64,000 nt of DNA from an uncultured Aquitalea sp. (GCF_945957525.1 NZ_CAMFLA010000021.1:1-64000); one strand, 5' to 3'; numbered from the stretch's first letter, positions 26,955-36,404 are shown. The notes: generated from the sequence alone by a model not told the origin. Made by a program: numbers and translations.

Positions 26955-28913
26955 TCAGCTGAACAATAATCTGTCATGCAATCCGGATAACTCTTTCTCT
27001 TTGAGAACCCGCAAGTACATTTCCCCACCATCTTCGGCCAAACCATGCATTTCTATGGTTTTTTGTGTCTTTTGCAGACGAGCCAAATAAGACAGGATAC
27101 TGTCGTCAATCACCTGCCCCGGCACCAAAACGGGGATGCCCGGGGGGTACGGTACGATCTGATCGCAGCAAATTCGCCCCGCCAGCGCGCCGTTCGGCCG
27201 ACCCTCATCATCCAGCAACGGCAAACGCTCGCCCGCTTCGTAAAATGCATCGCGCGGCAGGCAGGCCAGGCGAGAGAAGCGCGGAATCTCGGGCATGCGC
27301 GACAAGGTGCGCGGCGCGCGCTTTTCCTTGGCCAGGCGCAGCAGCGCGTCATACAAGCGCGACACCTTGCTGCGCGTGGTGCCCATGGTCAGCAGCAGGG
27401 AAATAGTGCTGAAGGTGGATTTTTCGATCTGGATGTTGAAACGCTCGAATAGCTCATGCTGCAGCTCGTCGGCGGTGTAGCCCGTCTGCGTAATGTCCAC
27501 CGTCAGCTTGGTGGGGTCCAAGCGGATGCCGTCCTCCCTCACCTCCTCAGGCAACAAGTCTTCCAGCTCAAGCACGCGAAAAACGCCGGTGGAGTTGATC
27601 TTCTCGCGCAACTCCTGCGCCAGTCGCAAAGTGCGATCCAGCAAACGATAGCCCTCGGTGACCGCCTGTTTGCGCGCCACATCCAGACTGGCGATCAGGT
27701 TGTATTGCGGGCTGGTGGAGGCATGCATGTTGAAGTTCTCGCGAAACAGATGTTCATCGAAAGCCGGATCATTGACATGAATCATGCTGGCCTGCGAAAA
27801 CGCCGAGAGAATCTTGTGGGTGGACTGGGTAGCGTAATCCGCGCCCGACTCAAGCGCCGTAGGGCGGAATGCGGGGTGAAAACGGGCGAAACCATACCAG
27901 GCCTCATCCACAATCACCTTGATGCCTTTTTCATGCGCGGCCTCGATGATGGGCTTGAGGTCGTAACGCATGCCGTCGTAAGTGCAGGAGGTGAGAATCA
28001 GCACCCGCGCGTCCGGATTGGCCTCGATGGCGTCAAAAATGGTTGCCTTGGGCACTGGACCGAACACGCCGTACTGCCGGTTGATGGATGAGTCCAGATA
28101 CACCGGCAATGCGCCAGACAAAATCACCGCGTGATGCACGGATTTGTGACAATTGCGGTCCAGCAACAACTTGTCGCCCGGCGCCAGCAAGGTCTGGAAA
28201 ATCACCTTATTGGAGGTGGAGGTGCCATTGGTGGCGAAGTAGGTTTTGCGCGCGCCAAACGCCTTGGCGGCCAGCTTCTGGGACTCGGCAATCACACCTG
28301 TGGGGTGAAGCAGCGAGTCCAGCATGGGAACCGACACCGAAAGGTCTGCGCGCAGCATGTTCTCGCCGACAAAATCGTAGAAGTCGCCCACCCAGGGGCT
28401 GCCCTTCAGCGAGTCGCCGCCGGCATGGCCCGGCGTATGCCAGGAATCCTTGGCCATACGAACGTATTGCTTGAGCCGGTCGTAAAAAGGGGTGGCGGAT
28501 TTTTCGGCCAGCTCGGCGGTGAGGATACGGAACCAGCCGTTGTGGTCGGCTTCGTCGCGGTAGAAGTAACCATCCACGGCGTGGCTGGCCAAGTCCTCAA
28601 CCAGCGCGCGCTCATCATCATCGTTAAGCATCACGTACAGCGACAATTCCGGGCGGAAGTCGCTAACCTGATTGGCCAGTTGCACAGCAGCCTGGCTGAT
28701 GCCCTTTTCCTGCAATTGCTTGTCCACCAGCACGGCCTGGATATCGCCGTCGCGGGTGATGATGTCCATCGCTTCCTTCAAGCGGGATGCGCCGATAAAG
28801 GTGAGTCCGTAGGGATTTTCCAGGCGTACGGCCACAGCGCCCAAGCCGGCCAATACATCGGCCTGCCACTTGGCGTCGTCGCTTACCACCAGAACACGGC
28901 TAACGGGGGTCAT
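26955..28913 (-). CDS. PLP-dependent Orn/Lys/Arg decarboxylase (fold type I, major-domain family), 652 aa.
   Basis: The PLP-Lys region is ..YATQSTHKILSAFSQASMIHV.. and the core is collinear with AdiA/SpeF/LdcC. The protein is shorter than the E. coli homologues, and its substrate cannot be called from sequence. Confidence 0.75.
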   Translation of the reverse strand: MTPVSRVLVVSDDAKWQADVLAGLGAVAVRLENPYGLTFIGASRLKEAMDIITRDGDIQAVLVDKQLQEKGISQAAVQLANQVSDFRPELSLYVMLNDDDERALVEDLASHAVDGYFYRDEADHNGWFRILTAELAEKSATPFYDRLKQYVRMAKDSWHTPGHAGGDSLKGSPWVGDFYDFVGENMLRADLSVSVPMLDSLLHPTGVIAESQKLAAKAFGARKTYFATNGTSTSNKVIFQTLLAPGDKLLLDRNCHKSVHHAVILSGALPVYLDSSINRQYGVFGPVPKATIFDAIEANPDARVLILTSCTYDGMRYDLKPIIEAAHEKGIKVIVDEAWYGFARFHPAFRPTALESGADYATQSTHKILSAFSQASMIHVNDPAFDEHLFRENFNMHASTSPQYNLIASLDVARKQAVTEGYRLLDRTLRLAQELREKINSTGVFRVLELEDLLPEEVREDGIRLDPTKLTVDITQTGYTADELQHELFERFNIQIEKSTFSTISLLLTMGTTRSKVSRLYDALLRLAKEKRAPRTLSRMPEIPRFSRLACLPRDAFYEAGERLPLLDDEGRPNGALAGRICCDQIVPYPPGIPVLVPGQVIDDSILSYLARLQKTQKTIEMHGLAEDGGEMYLRVLKEKELSGLHDRLLFS

Positions 28914-29093
28914 CTACTGATTTCTCCTGAGTGTAGTGCGGCGTACTTCGTTGTCTGTCTGTCCTGTGTACGCTTCAGAGTTTGTTTTGGTTTTTGGCTA
29001 TCGTATCCACAAGCGCGGGCAGCGTCATTTTGCAGTCGCACAATTTTCCGCCGCCGACACATCGGCGGAGCGAGGCCGCCGGCTTGAGGTACA

Positions 29094-31229
29094 ATGCGCG
29101 GCATGCTGACCGATGCCGAAAAAGACGCGATTCGCGACCACTACCGCACCATCTCGGAAAACCTGCCGGGATTCCGCCCTCGCCCGGCCCAGCGCCGCAT
29201 GTTGGCCGAAGTGGCCAATGCGCTGTCGCGCTGCCAGGAAAAGCAAGGCGATGACGCGCCCGATCGCCAAGGCGAAAGCATCGCCGTCATTGAGGGCCCC
29301 ACTGGCGTCGGCAAAAGTCTGGCCTACCTCCTGGCCGGCGGCGTCATGGCCAAAGCGCGCAACAAGAAGCTGGTGGTCACCAGCGCCACCATCGCACTGC
29401 AAGAGCAACTGGTGAATCGCGACCTGCCCTTCGTGGTGGAAAAAAGCGGCCTGCCCGTGACCTTCGCGCTGGCCAAGGGCCGCGGGCGCTATCTGTGTCC
29501 CCAGCGCATCTTTGCCCTGACGGCGGAGTCCGCTCAGGGGCAATTACTGGCCGGCGACCCCGTCCTCACGCTATGGGACCGCAAGCCGCAAGCGGAAGAA
29601 ATCGAAGCGCTGCGCGAAATGGCCGACGCTTTTTATTACCGCAAATGGAACGGCGACCGCGACAGCTGGCAGACCATCATCGACGACGGACTATGGGGAC
29701 GCGTCACCAACGACCGGCACGGCTGTCTGAAATCCGCCTGCCCCAACCGCCCGGAATGCCCTTTCTATCTTGCTCGCGACACCCTGGAAACCGTGGACGT
29801 CATCGTGGCCAACCACGACCTGATGCTGGCCGACGTCTCCATGGGCGGCGGCGTCATCCTTCCCCCGCCCGAAGACAGCTTTTATTGCATCGACGAGGCG
29901 CATCACCTGGCCAAGAAAGCCGTCAACCAGTTTTCCGCCGAGCACTCGCTGGCCCAGGCCATGGGCTGGCTGGACAAAGTGGGCCCGGTTGCCGCGCGCG
30001 TGGAAACCCTCACCGGCAAGACCGACATCACCGGCCAGGCCATGGAAGCCGCCGATGCGGCCATGGAAACGCTCAGCGAATGGCTGTGGTTGCTGGAAGG
30101 CGAAGAACAACTAAGCGCCAATAGTGAAAATCTGGAACCCACCTGGCTGATTGAAGACGGCAAGCTGCCCGAACGACTGCAAACCCCGGCCGCGAATATG
30201 GCCATCTCGGCGCGCGCCATCTTCAAGCACCTCTCCGCCATGACCGATGCGCTGACCGAAGCGCGCAAGGAAAAAGGCAATGAGACAGTGCTGATAGACA
30301 AAGCCGCAGGCGACTTGGGCTTTCTTACCGGGCGCGCAGAGCAACTGATGGCCGTGTGGGATCTCTTTGAAAAAGAAACCGAAGACAATTCGCCGCCCAT
30401 TGCAAAATGGATTACCCGCCGCACCGAAGGCAAGGGCGACTATCTTTTTTCCGCCTCTCCGGTCAGCGCAGCGGCCAGCCTTGCCGCAACCCTGTGGCGA
30501 CGCGCCGCCGGCGCCATTCTGACCTCAGCCACCCTGCGCTCGCTGGGCGCTTTCGATCTGCTGCTGTCGCAAACGGGCCTGCGCTGGCTGCCGCAAGTGC
30601 AATGCGTGGCGCTGGATTCTCCGTTCAATTTTGGCGAGCAGGGCGAACTCTACCTGCCGCCCATGCTGGCCAGCCCAAAGGACCCATTGGGGCACACGCG
30701 GGAAATCGTCGAATGGCTGCCGCGCCTGATCGACACCACCGAAGCCGTCGGCACGCTGGTGCTGTTTTCCTCGCGCAAGCAGATGCAGGACGTCGCGGCC
30801 CTGCTGCCGGCAAATATCCGGGATGCGCTGCTGGTGCAGGGGGAAATCCCCAAGAGCGTGCTGCTGGAAACCCACCACACCCGGCTGGGAGCCGGCCAAG
30901 CCAGCATCATCTTCGGCCTGGACTCCTTCTCTGAAGGGCTGGATTTGCCTGGCGAAAGCTGCGTGCACGTCATCATCGCCAAACTGCCCTTCGCCATGCC
31001 GGACGACCCCGTTGGCCGAACACTGTCGCGCTGGATAGAGAAACGCGGCGGCAACCCCTTCGTCGAACTGACCGTACCGGAAGCCTCGATCAAGCTGATC
31101 CAGGCCGTGGGCCGGCTTATCCGCACCGAGCGCGACTATGGTCGGGTCACCATTCTGGACAACCGGCTGGTGAAACAAAGTTACGGCAAAAAGCTGCTGG
31201 CATCGTTGCCGCCATTCAAGCGCATCTGA
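29094..31229 (+). CDS. dinG: ATP-dependent DNA helicase DinG (Fe-S, XPD family). The true start may be the second ATG at 29103.
   Basis: The Walker A motif is GPTGVGKS, and DEAHH is present, as are the Fe-S cysteines (CPQR..C..CPNRPEC). The protein is collinear with E. coli DinG, which is about 716 aa. Confidence 0.85.
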   Translation: MRGMLTDAEKDAIRDHYRTISENLPGFRPRPAQRRMLAEVANALSRCQEKQGDDAPDRQGESIAVIEGPTGVGKSLAYLLAGGVMAKARNKKLVVTSATIALQEQLVNRDLPFVVEKSGLPVTFALAKGRGRYLCPQRIFALTAESAQGQLLAGDPVLTLWDRKPQAEEIEALREMADAFYYRKWNGDRDSWQTIIDDGLWGRVTNDRHGCLKSACPNRPECPFYLARDTLETVDVIVANHDLMLADVSMGGGVILPPPEDSFYCIDEAHHLAKKAVNQFSAEHSLAQAMGWLDKVGPVAARVETLTGKTDITGQAMEAADAAMETLSEWLWLLEGEEQLSANSENLEPTWLIEDGKLPERLQTPAANMAISARAIFKHLSAMTDALTEARKEKGNETVLIDKAAGDLGFLTGRAEQLMAVWDLFEKETEDNSPPIAKWITRRTEGKGDYLFSASPVSAAASLAATLWRRAAGAILTSATLRSLGAFDLLLSQTGLRWLPQVQCVALDSPFNFGEQGELYLPPMLASPKDPLGHTREIVEWLPRLIDTTEAVGTLVLFSSRKQMQDVAALLPANIRDALLVQGEIPKSVLLETHHTRLGAGQASIIFGLDSFSEGLDLPGESCVHVIIAKLPFAMPDDPVGRTLSRWIEKRGGNPFVELTVPEASIKLIQAVGRLIRTERDYGRVTILDNRLVKQSYGKKLLASLPPFKRI

Positions 31230-31346
31230 TTTTGAGGTAAAATCGCGGGTAAACCCGCTACAGGCCGGCCATTGTCCTACAAAACAACAAGGTCGCCTCT
31301 GCTATAGCTATAAGAGACCACACCCAGCACACTCCGGTTTGACACC

Positions 31347-31661
31347 ATGATCTGCAATCCATACGAAGTAGTGATTCAGGGGCTGACCTCTGAAGGCCGC
31401 ACCTTTCGCCCCAGCGACTGGGCCGAACGCCTGGCCGGCATCCTCGCCTCTTTCGGCGGCGACCAGAAACTCGCTTACCACGCCTACGTCCGTCCCATGC
31501 TGCTCGAAGGCGTCCGCTGCGTCGCAGTGGACAAGAAGCTGCAAAAGATCAATCCGCAAGTGTTTCAGTTCCTGATGGACTTCGCCAAAGACAACGATTT
31601 GCGGATTGTCGATTGTCGAACCCTGATCGACGAGATTTACCCGAACAAGTTTTTGGCTTAA
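31347..31661 (+). CDS. Small conserved cytoplasmic protein (DUF3579-like), 104 aa.
   Basis: The ORF is compact and has an ATG start. The sequence recalls the betaproteobacterial DUF3579 family (..RPSDWAERLAG..RPML..VRCVAVDKKL..). Confidence 0.45.
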   Translation: MICNPYEVVIQGLTSEGRTFRPSDWAERLAGILASFGGDQKLAYHAYVRPMLLEGVRCVAVDKKLQKINPQVFQFLMDFAKDNDLRIVDCRTLIDEIYPNKFLA

Positions 31662-31829
31662 ATACGACAAACGCTCGTTGGTTTTTCTTGATCTGCGTCA
31701 TTAGTGCAACATCAGCGTCATATTGTGTGGTTAGAATCGGACAGTACTGAAGCATGGCAACGCCAATCCGTGAGCGTTAAGCCACAGCTGGTACTGCAAT
31801 AATCACAACACCCGATGGAGCACATTACG

Positions 31830-32975
31830 ATGCAAAAGAAAAGCCTGGCCGCACTGGTCGCCACTCTGTTCGCCATCCCGTTCGCCGCTCACGCTGACGT
31901 CACCGTTTACGGTTTCATCAGCGGTGGCATCGAATCCACCAAAGCAACCGGCAACGGCGTATCCTCCAAGGACTACACCTCGCGCACCCGCGTTGTTGAC
32001 CACAACTCCCGCATCGGCTTCAAGGGCTTTGAAGACTTGGGCAATGGCACCAAGGCCATCTGGCAGGTTGAAAGCAGCCTGAAGAACTTTGAAAACGGCG
32101 GCACCGACGACAAGGGCGTAACCGCCACTTTCGGTACCCGCAATACCTTTGTCGGCCTCGACAATGCCAACTTCGGTAAGGTTTACTTGGGCTACAGCGA
32201 TACCGCTTACAAAGCGATGACCGATATCGGCCTGAACCTGCTGACCAACACCACTGCCGACGTCAACGGTTCCTCCAGCGTTTACAGCCGCGGCGAAACC
32301 CGCCTGAAGAACTCCGTTCACTACGTCTCTCCGGATCTGTCCGGCTTCAAGGTTGGCCTGTCTTACGGCGTGGATGAAGCTCAAACCAGCGACAGCACCG
32401 GTGCCAAGACTGACGCCAGCCGCCTGTCCCTGGCTGCAAACTACACGCTGGGTGGCCTGCAAGTCGCCACCGGCTGGGATCGCCAGAACGACAAGGGCGA
32501 CTACAAGGGCGCCACACTCTACTCCGGCAAGAACACCAGCTTCTACAAACTGGCTGCCAGCTACAAGTTCTCCACTGGCACCTTCGTTGGCGCAGGTTAT
32601 GAATGGGGCCGCTTTGACTCCACAGTTGCCGGCAAAGGCACTCTGAAGCAAGACGACTGGACCATCGCCATCGGTCAAGACATCGGCAATGCCTCCATCA
32701 AGCTGTCCTACAGCGACCTCGGCAAGCTGACCGGCGCCACCGCCGGCACCGAAGGCGACTACAAGGCTCACGAGTGGGTATTCGGCGGCACTTACAACCT
32801 GTCCAAGTCCACCCAACTCTTCGGCTACTACGCCAAAATCACCAACAAGAAGTCGCAAAACGCCAACTTCGCCAACAACGCCGTATATGACACCGCCTCT
32901 GGCACCCCCACTGCCAGCCTGACCAAGGGTAACAGCCCGGAAGCCGTCGGCGTTGGCATGAAGGTAGCGTTCTAA
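31830..32975 (+). CDS. Trimeric general porin (Neisseria/Burkholderia-type Gram-negative porin).
   Basis: The signal peptide is MQKKSLAALVATLFAIPFAAHA. The protein has alternating beta-strand patterning and a C-terminal aromatic residue (..VGMKVAF). The SD GGAG is present. Confidence 0.85.
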   Translation: MQKKSLAALVATLFAIPFAAHADVTVYGFISGGIESTKATGNGVSSKDYTSRTRVVDHNSRIGFKGFEDLGNGTKAIWQVESSLKNFENGGTDDKGVTATFGTRNTFVGLDNANFGKVYLGYSDTAYKAMTDIGLNLLTNTTADVNGSSSVYSRGETRLKNSVHYVSPDLSGFKVGLSYGVDEAQTSDSTGAKTDASRLSLAANYTLGGLQVATGWDRQNDKGDYKGATLYSGKNTSFYKLAASYKFSTGTFVGAGYEWGRFDSTVAGKGTLKQDDWTIAIGQDIGNASIKLSYSDLGKLTGATAGTEGDYKAHEWVFGGTYNLSKSTQLFGYYAKITNKKSQNANFANNAVYDTASGTPTASLTKGNSPEAVGVGMKVAF

Positions 32976-33093
32976 TATCCCAGCGGCACATTCGGCCAAA
33001 GCCGAAACCGCGGCAGACGGGCATCCCTTGGGGTGCCCGTTTTTTCATCATTTGCTAGAATATGGAATTGCCGCACACACAAGACCACCCAAA

Positions 33094-33891
33094 ATGAGCA
33101 TTGAACTGAAAACCGCCGCCGACATTGAGAAAATGCGGGTAGCCGGCCGCCTGGCCGCCGAAGTGCTGGACTACATCACGCCTTTCGTCAAACCCGGCGT
33201 GACTACCGAAGAAATCGACAAGCTGTGCCATGACTACATGGTTAATGTGCAGCAAACCGTCCCGGCCCCGCTGAATTACGCGCCGGACGGCCACAACCCC
33301 TACCCCAAGTCCATTTGTACCTCGATCAACAGCGTTGTCTGCCATGGCATCCCCAATGACAAGCCGTTGAAAAACGGCGACATCATGAACATCGACATCA
33401 CGGTGATCAAGGATGGTTATCACGGCGACACCAGCCGCATGTTCTATGTGGGCGATGTCAGCGACCATGCCCGCCGACTGTGCAAGATCACCTATGAGTG
33501 CATGTGGAAGGGCATCGAGAAAGTAAAACCGGGCGCCAAGCTCGGCGACATCGGCCATGTCATTCAGCAACATGCCGAAGGCAGCGGCTACAGCGTTGTG
33601 CAGGAGTTTTGCGGCCACGGCATTGGCAAAAAATTCCACGAAGAGCCGCAAGTGCTGCACTACGGCCGCCCTGGAACAGGCCTGGAGCTCAAAGCCGGCA
33701 TGATCTTCACCATCGAGCCCATGATCAACCAGGGCAAGCGCCACCTGCGCATGATGAGCGACGGCTGGACAGTGGCCACCAAGGATCGCAGCCTGTCAGC
33801 CCAATGGGAACATACCGTGCTTGTTACCGAGACGGGCTATGAAATCCTGACCCAATCAGACGGTACGCCGCCGAAACCGGTTTTCCGTTAA
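33094..33891 (+). CDS. map: Methionine aminopeptidase type I.
   Basis: The metal ligands and MetAP motifs are present (..DIMNIDITVIKDGYHGDTSRMF..; FCGHGIG; EPMIN). Confidence 0.9.
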   Translation: MSIELKTAADIEKMRVAGRLAAEVLDYITPFVKPGVTTEEIDKLCHDYMVNVQQTVPAPLNYAPDGHNPYPKSICTSINSVVCHGIPNDKPLKNGDIMNIDITVIKDGYHGDTSRMFYVGDVSDHARRLCKITYECMWKGIEKVKPGAKLGDIGHVIQQHAEGSGYSVVQEFCGHGIGKKFHEEPQVLHYGRPGTGLELKAGMIFTIEPMINQGKRHLRMMSDGWTVATKDRSLSAQWEHTVLVTETGYEILTQSDGTPPKPVFR

Positions 33892-33896
33892 ACCAC

Positions 33897-33927
33897 AAAA
33901 AAACCCGCCTGGCGGGTTTTTTTGTTT
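33897..33927 (+). terminator. Rho-independent terminator after map (aaaaaacccgcctggcgggtttttttgtttt).
   Basis: A GC stem is followed by a T7 run. Confidence 0.75.
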
Positions 33928-34009
33928 TAAAGCAGACGATTTCATGGAAGCCGCTCAAATCACGAACTACACTAACAGACAGTAGATAACATCATGCGGG
34001 AGTAACGGC

Positions 34010-34867
34010 ATGCTTAGCGTCAACACCAATATCAGTTCGCTGGAATCGAACAGCCAGCTCGACAAGTCCAGGAAGAAATCAGAACAGCTGCTGGATCAGC
34101 TCTCCTCCGGCACCCGGCTCACCAGCGCCTCCGTTGACGCCGCCAACAGCGCCATTTCCCAAACTCTTGAAGCGCAAGTGCGCGGCCAGAATCAGGCCGT
34201 CAACAACGCCTATGACGGCGTTTCCATGCTGCAGACTGCTGACGGTGCACTGTCTCAACTCCAAAGCAATTCACAGCAGATTCAAGACTTGGCCATTCAG
34301 GCGGGCAACGGCGCATTGAGCAGCGCCAATCGGCAATCGCTGCAACAGCAGGTGGACCAACTGACTCAGGCCAACTCGGCCATCGTGCAAAGCACCACCT
34401 TCAACGGCACCGCACTGCTTAATGGCGGCAACTCCCAAACCTTCCAGATCGGCGCCAACGGCAGCAGCGACAACCAACTGACCGTCAGCACGCCCAACCT
34501 GTCGGCCAGCGCGGCAAGCGGCGGCTTGAGCAGCTACAACAGCAACCTGAACGCGACCGGCACCATCGACATCACCACTCCGGCCAACGCAGTTGCAGCC
34601 CAGTCCAGCATCAGCAACGACCTCAACGCGCTGTCGAACAGCCGCACCCAGCTAGGCGCCGCCAGCAACCAGTTTGAAGCCGCCATCAACAATCTGCAGA
34701 ATTCCTCCGTGAATCTGCAGGCCGCCAAGAGCCGTATCAGCGACACCGACTTCGCCGCAGCGCTGTCGCAGCTGACACAGCAACAGATTCTAGGCCAGGC
34801 GGCAGTAGCCACCCAGGCGCAAGCCAATGTTTCAGCCCGTTCCGCCCTCAGTTTGCTCTCCGGCTAG
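34010..34867 (+). CDS. Short flagellin-family protein (285 aa), which is divergent from canonical flagellins and isolated from any flagellar genes.
   Basis: The N-terminal D0/D1 region reads VNTNISSL..LSSGTRLTSASVDAANSAISQ..NAYDGVSMLQTADGAL. The C-terminal D1/D0 region reads ..SNSRTQLGAASNQFEAAINNLQNSSVNLQAAKSRISDTDFAAALSQLTQQQILGQAAVATQAQANV..LSLL. A GGGAG SD sits 8 nt upstream of the start. Confidence 0.7.
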   Translation: MLSVNTNISSLESNSQLDKSRKKSEQLLDQLSSGTRLTSASVDAANSAISQTLEAQVRGQNQAVNNAYDGVSMLQTADGALSQLQSNSQQIQDLAIQAGNGALSSANRQSLQQQVDQLTQANSAIVQSTTFNGTALLNGGNSQTFQIGANGSSDNQLTVSTPNLSASAASGGLSSYNSNLNATGTIDITTPANAVAAQSSISNDLNALSNSRTQLGAASNQFEAAINNLQNSSVNLQAAKSRISDTDFAAALSQLTQQQILGQAAVATQAQANVSARSALSLLSG

Positions 34868-34920
34868 GCAACTTTATCGACGCAACACAGTCAAACTGCA
34901 TGGCATGGCGGCAATTGGCC

Positions 34921-34950
34921 GCCGAATAAACCGACAGGACACCGCAAGGT
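34921..34950. repeat. Perfect 13-bp inverted repeat with a GCAA loop (cagacaggacacc gcaa ggtgtcctgtctg).
   Basis: The hairpin was read directly from the sequence. It lies 53 nt downstream of the flagellin-like stop and 30 nt upstream of the rnk start, and no T run follows it. Confidence 0.7.
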
Positions 34951-34979
34951 GTCCTGTCTGCTTTGATAAGGAGTCATGC

Positions 34980-35384
34980 ATGTCACAACCCGCGATCACC
35001 GTTTCCAGCCTGGACTACGAACGCCTCAGCCAATGGTTAGCAAAGGGAGGGGCGGCGGCGGAAACGCTTGCCGCGCTGGAGGCTGAGCTTGATCGCGCAG
35101 ACGTGCTGGAGCCGCACGAAATGCCACCAAACATCATCACCATGAACAGCACGGCGCGTGTGCGCATTGAAGCCAGCGGCGAGGAAAAAGAGCTGACGCT
35201 GGTTTATCCGGACAAGGCAGACCAGGCCAATGGCAAGCTCTCCATCTTTGCGCCGGTCGGCACCGCCCTGCTAGGGTTGGCCGAAGGCCAGAGCATTGAC
35301 TGGCAAACACTGTCCGGCCCCACGCGCCTCACCGTACTGGCGATTACCTACCAGCCGGAAGCCGCCGGCGAACTGCACCGCTGA
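34980..35384 (+). CDS. rnk: Regulator of nucleoside diphosphate kinase (Rnk), a GreA/GreB C-terminal-domain protein.
   Basis: The protein is 134 aa and has a GreA/B C-terminal FKBP-like domain (..ARVRIEASGEEKELTLVYP..). A strong SD, TAAGGAG, is present. Confidence 0.75.
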   Translation: MSQPAITVSSLDYERLSQWLAKGGAAAETLAALEAELDRADVLEPHEMPPNIITMNSTARVRIEASGEEKELTLVYPDKADQANGKLSIFAPVGTALLGLAEGQSIDWQTLSGPTRLTVLAITYQPEAAGELHR

Positions 35385-35402
35385 TCCGACTATTGGAAAA
35401 AC

Positions 35403-35433
35403 AAAAGGCCAACCCGATGGGTTGGCCTTTTTT
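35403..35433. terminator. Bidirectional rho-independent terminator (aaaaggccaacccgatgggttggcctttttt).
   Basis: A perfect stem is flanked by A and T runs, and the hairpin sits between two convergent genes. Confidence 0.75.
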
Positions 35434-35449
35434 GCTTGCTGACCCGCGC

Positions 35450-36058
35450 TTACCAGCAGCGCTCTATCATCTGCCCCAGCCTTACCAGCTTGCCATGAAA
35501 AAAGTGCCCCGCACCGGGAAACACCAACACCGGCAAATCCTGCGGGCGCGCCCACTCCAGTACGGCGGATAGTGGAATCACTTCGTCTTGCTCGCCATGA
35601 ATCACCAGCGTACCGGCTGGCACTGGCGGCGTCGGAATCTCGTACTTGCCCACCGCCACGCCCATCAGCAACAATTTATCAGCCTCAATGCGGGCGCGGG
35701 TGCGCGCCGCCACAAAACCACCGAAGGAGAACCCCGCCAGCGCCAGCGGCAAGTCGCCCTGCTCGTTCCGCGCATGCTCAACCACGGCGATGACATCCTC
35801 CACTTCGCCTTCGCCATGATCGTGCTGCCCTTCGCTTTGACCTACGCCGCGCAGATTGGGGCAGTAGCAAGCATAGCCCATGCGCGACAAGGTACGCGCC
35901 GCAGTCTGCACCACCTTGTTGGTATTGGTGCCGCCCTGCAACGGATTGGGATGACAGATCACCGCAATGCCGCGCACTTCGCCCTGTGCCGGCACCACGA
36001 TGGTGTCCAAGGCGCCGACCGGACCGGCAACGCGAATGGAGTCAGGCGTTTTCAGCAT
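35450..36058 (-). CDS. Alpha/beta-fold hydrolase (esterase-like, about 200 aa).
   Basis: The nucleophile-elbow motif is GFSFGG, and the protein has the typical short-esterase architecture. Confidence 0.6.
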   Translation of the reverse strand: MLKTPDSIRVAGPVGALDTIVVPAQGEVRGIAVICHPNPLQGGTNTNKVVQTAARTLSRMGYACYCPNLRGVGQSEGQHDHGEGEVEDVIAVVEHARNEQGDLPLALAGFSFGGFVAARTRARIEADKLLLMGVAVGKYEIPTPPVPAGTLVIHGEQDEVIPLSAVLEWARPQDLPVLVFPGAGHFFHGKLVRLGQMIERCW

Positions 36059-36366
36059 CAGATCTTCAACCTTTCAACCACGTTGCCGGCCACCATGTGC
36101 TGATCGATGATTTCGTCGATATCCTCTTTGTCGACGAAGGTGTACCAGGTCTCTTGCGGGTACACCACCATCACCGGGCCTTGATCGCAACGTCCCAGGC
36201 AACCCGCCTTGTTGACGCGGATCTTGCCGTCGCCAGCCAGACCCATGGCCTTGACGCGGTCTTTCATATAACCCAGCAACTCGCTGGAGCCATGGTTGTT
36301 GCAACAATCTTCGCCCGGGGCTCGCTGGTTGCAGCAGATAAATACGTGCTTGTCGAAAAAGCTCAT
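36058..36366 (-). CDS. Thioredoxin-like [2Fe-2S] ferredoxin family protein (COG3411-like).
   Basis: The Cys pattern is CCN..C..C..GC.GRC in a protein of about 100 aa. Confidence 0.55.
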   Translation of the reverse strand: MSFFDKHVFICCNQRAPGEDCCNNHGSSELLGYMKDRVKAMGLAGDGKIRVNKAGCLGRCDQGPVMVVYPQETWYTFVDKEDIDEIIDQHMVAGNVVERLKI

Positions 36367-36404
36367 GACATCCTTTCTTCGGCCAACCTTGCGGCAGGCC
36401 CGGA

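Noticed and set aside
29094..31229. A DinG-family helicase as a possible phage-defence component.
   Set aside because: The protein is full-length and collinear with housekeeping E. coli DinG, including the Fe-S cysteines. No partner nuclease, methylase or other defence gene lies adjacent.
33928..33957. A possible sigma28 (FliA) promoter upstream of the flagellin-like gene (TAAAG..GCCGCTCA).
   Set aside because: The spacing between the -35-like TAAAG and the -10-like GCCG is about 3 nt longer than the consensus, and the -10 is imperfect. Without TSS data it is too weak to annotate.
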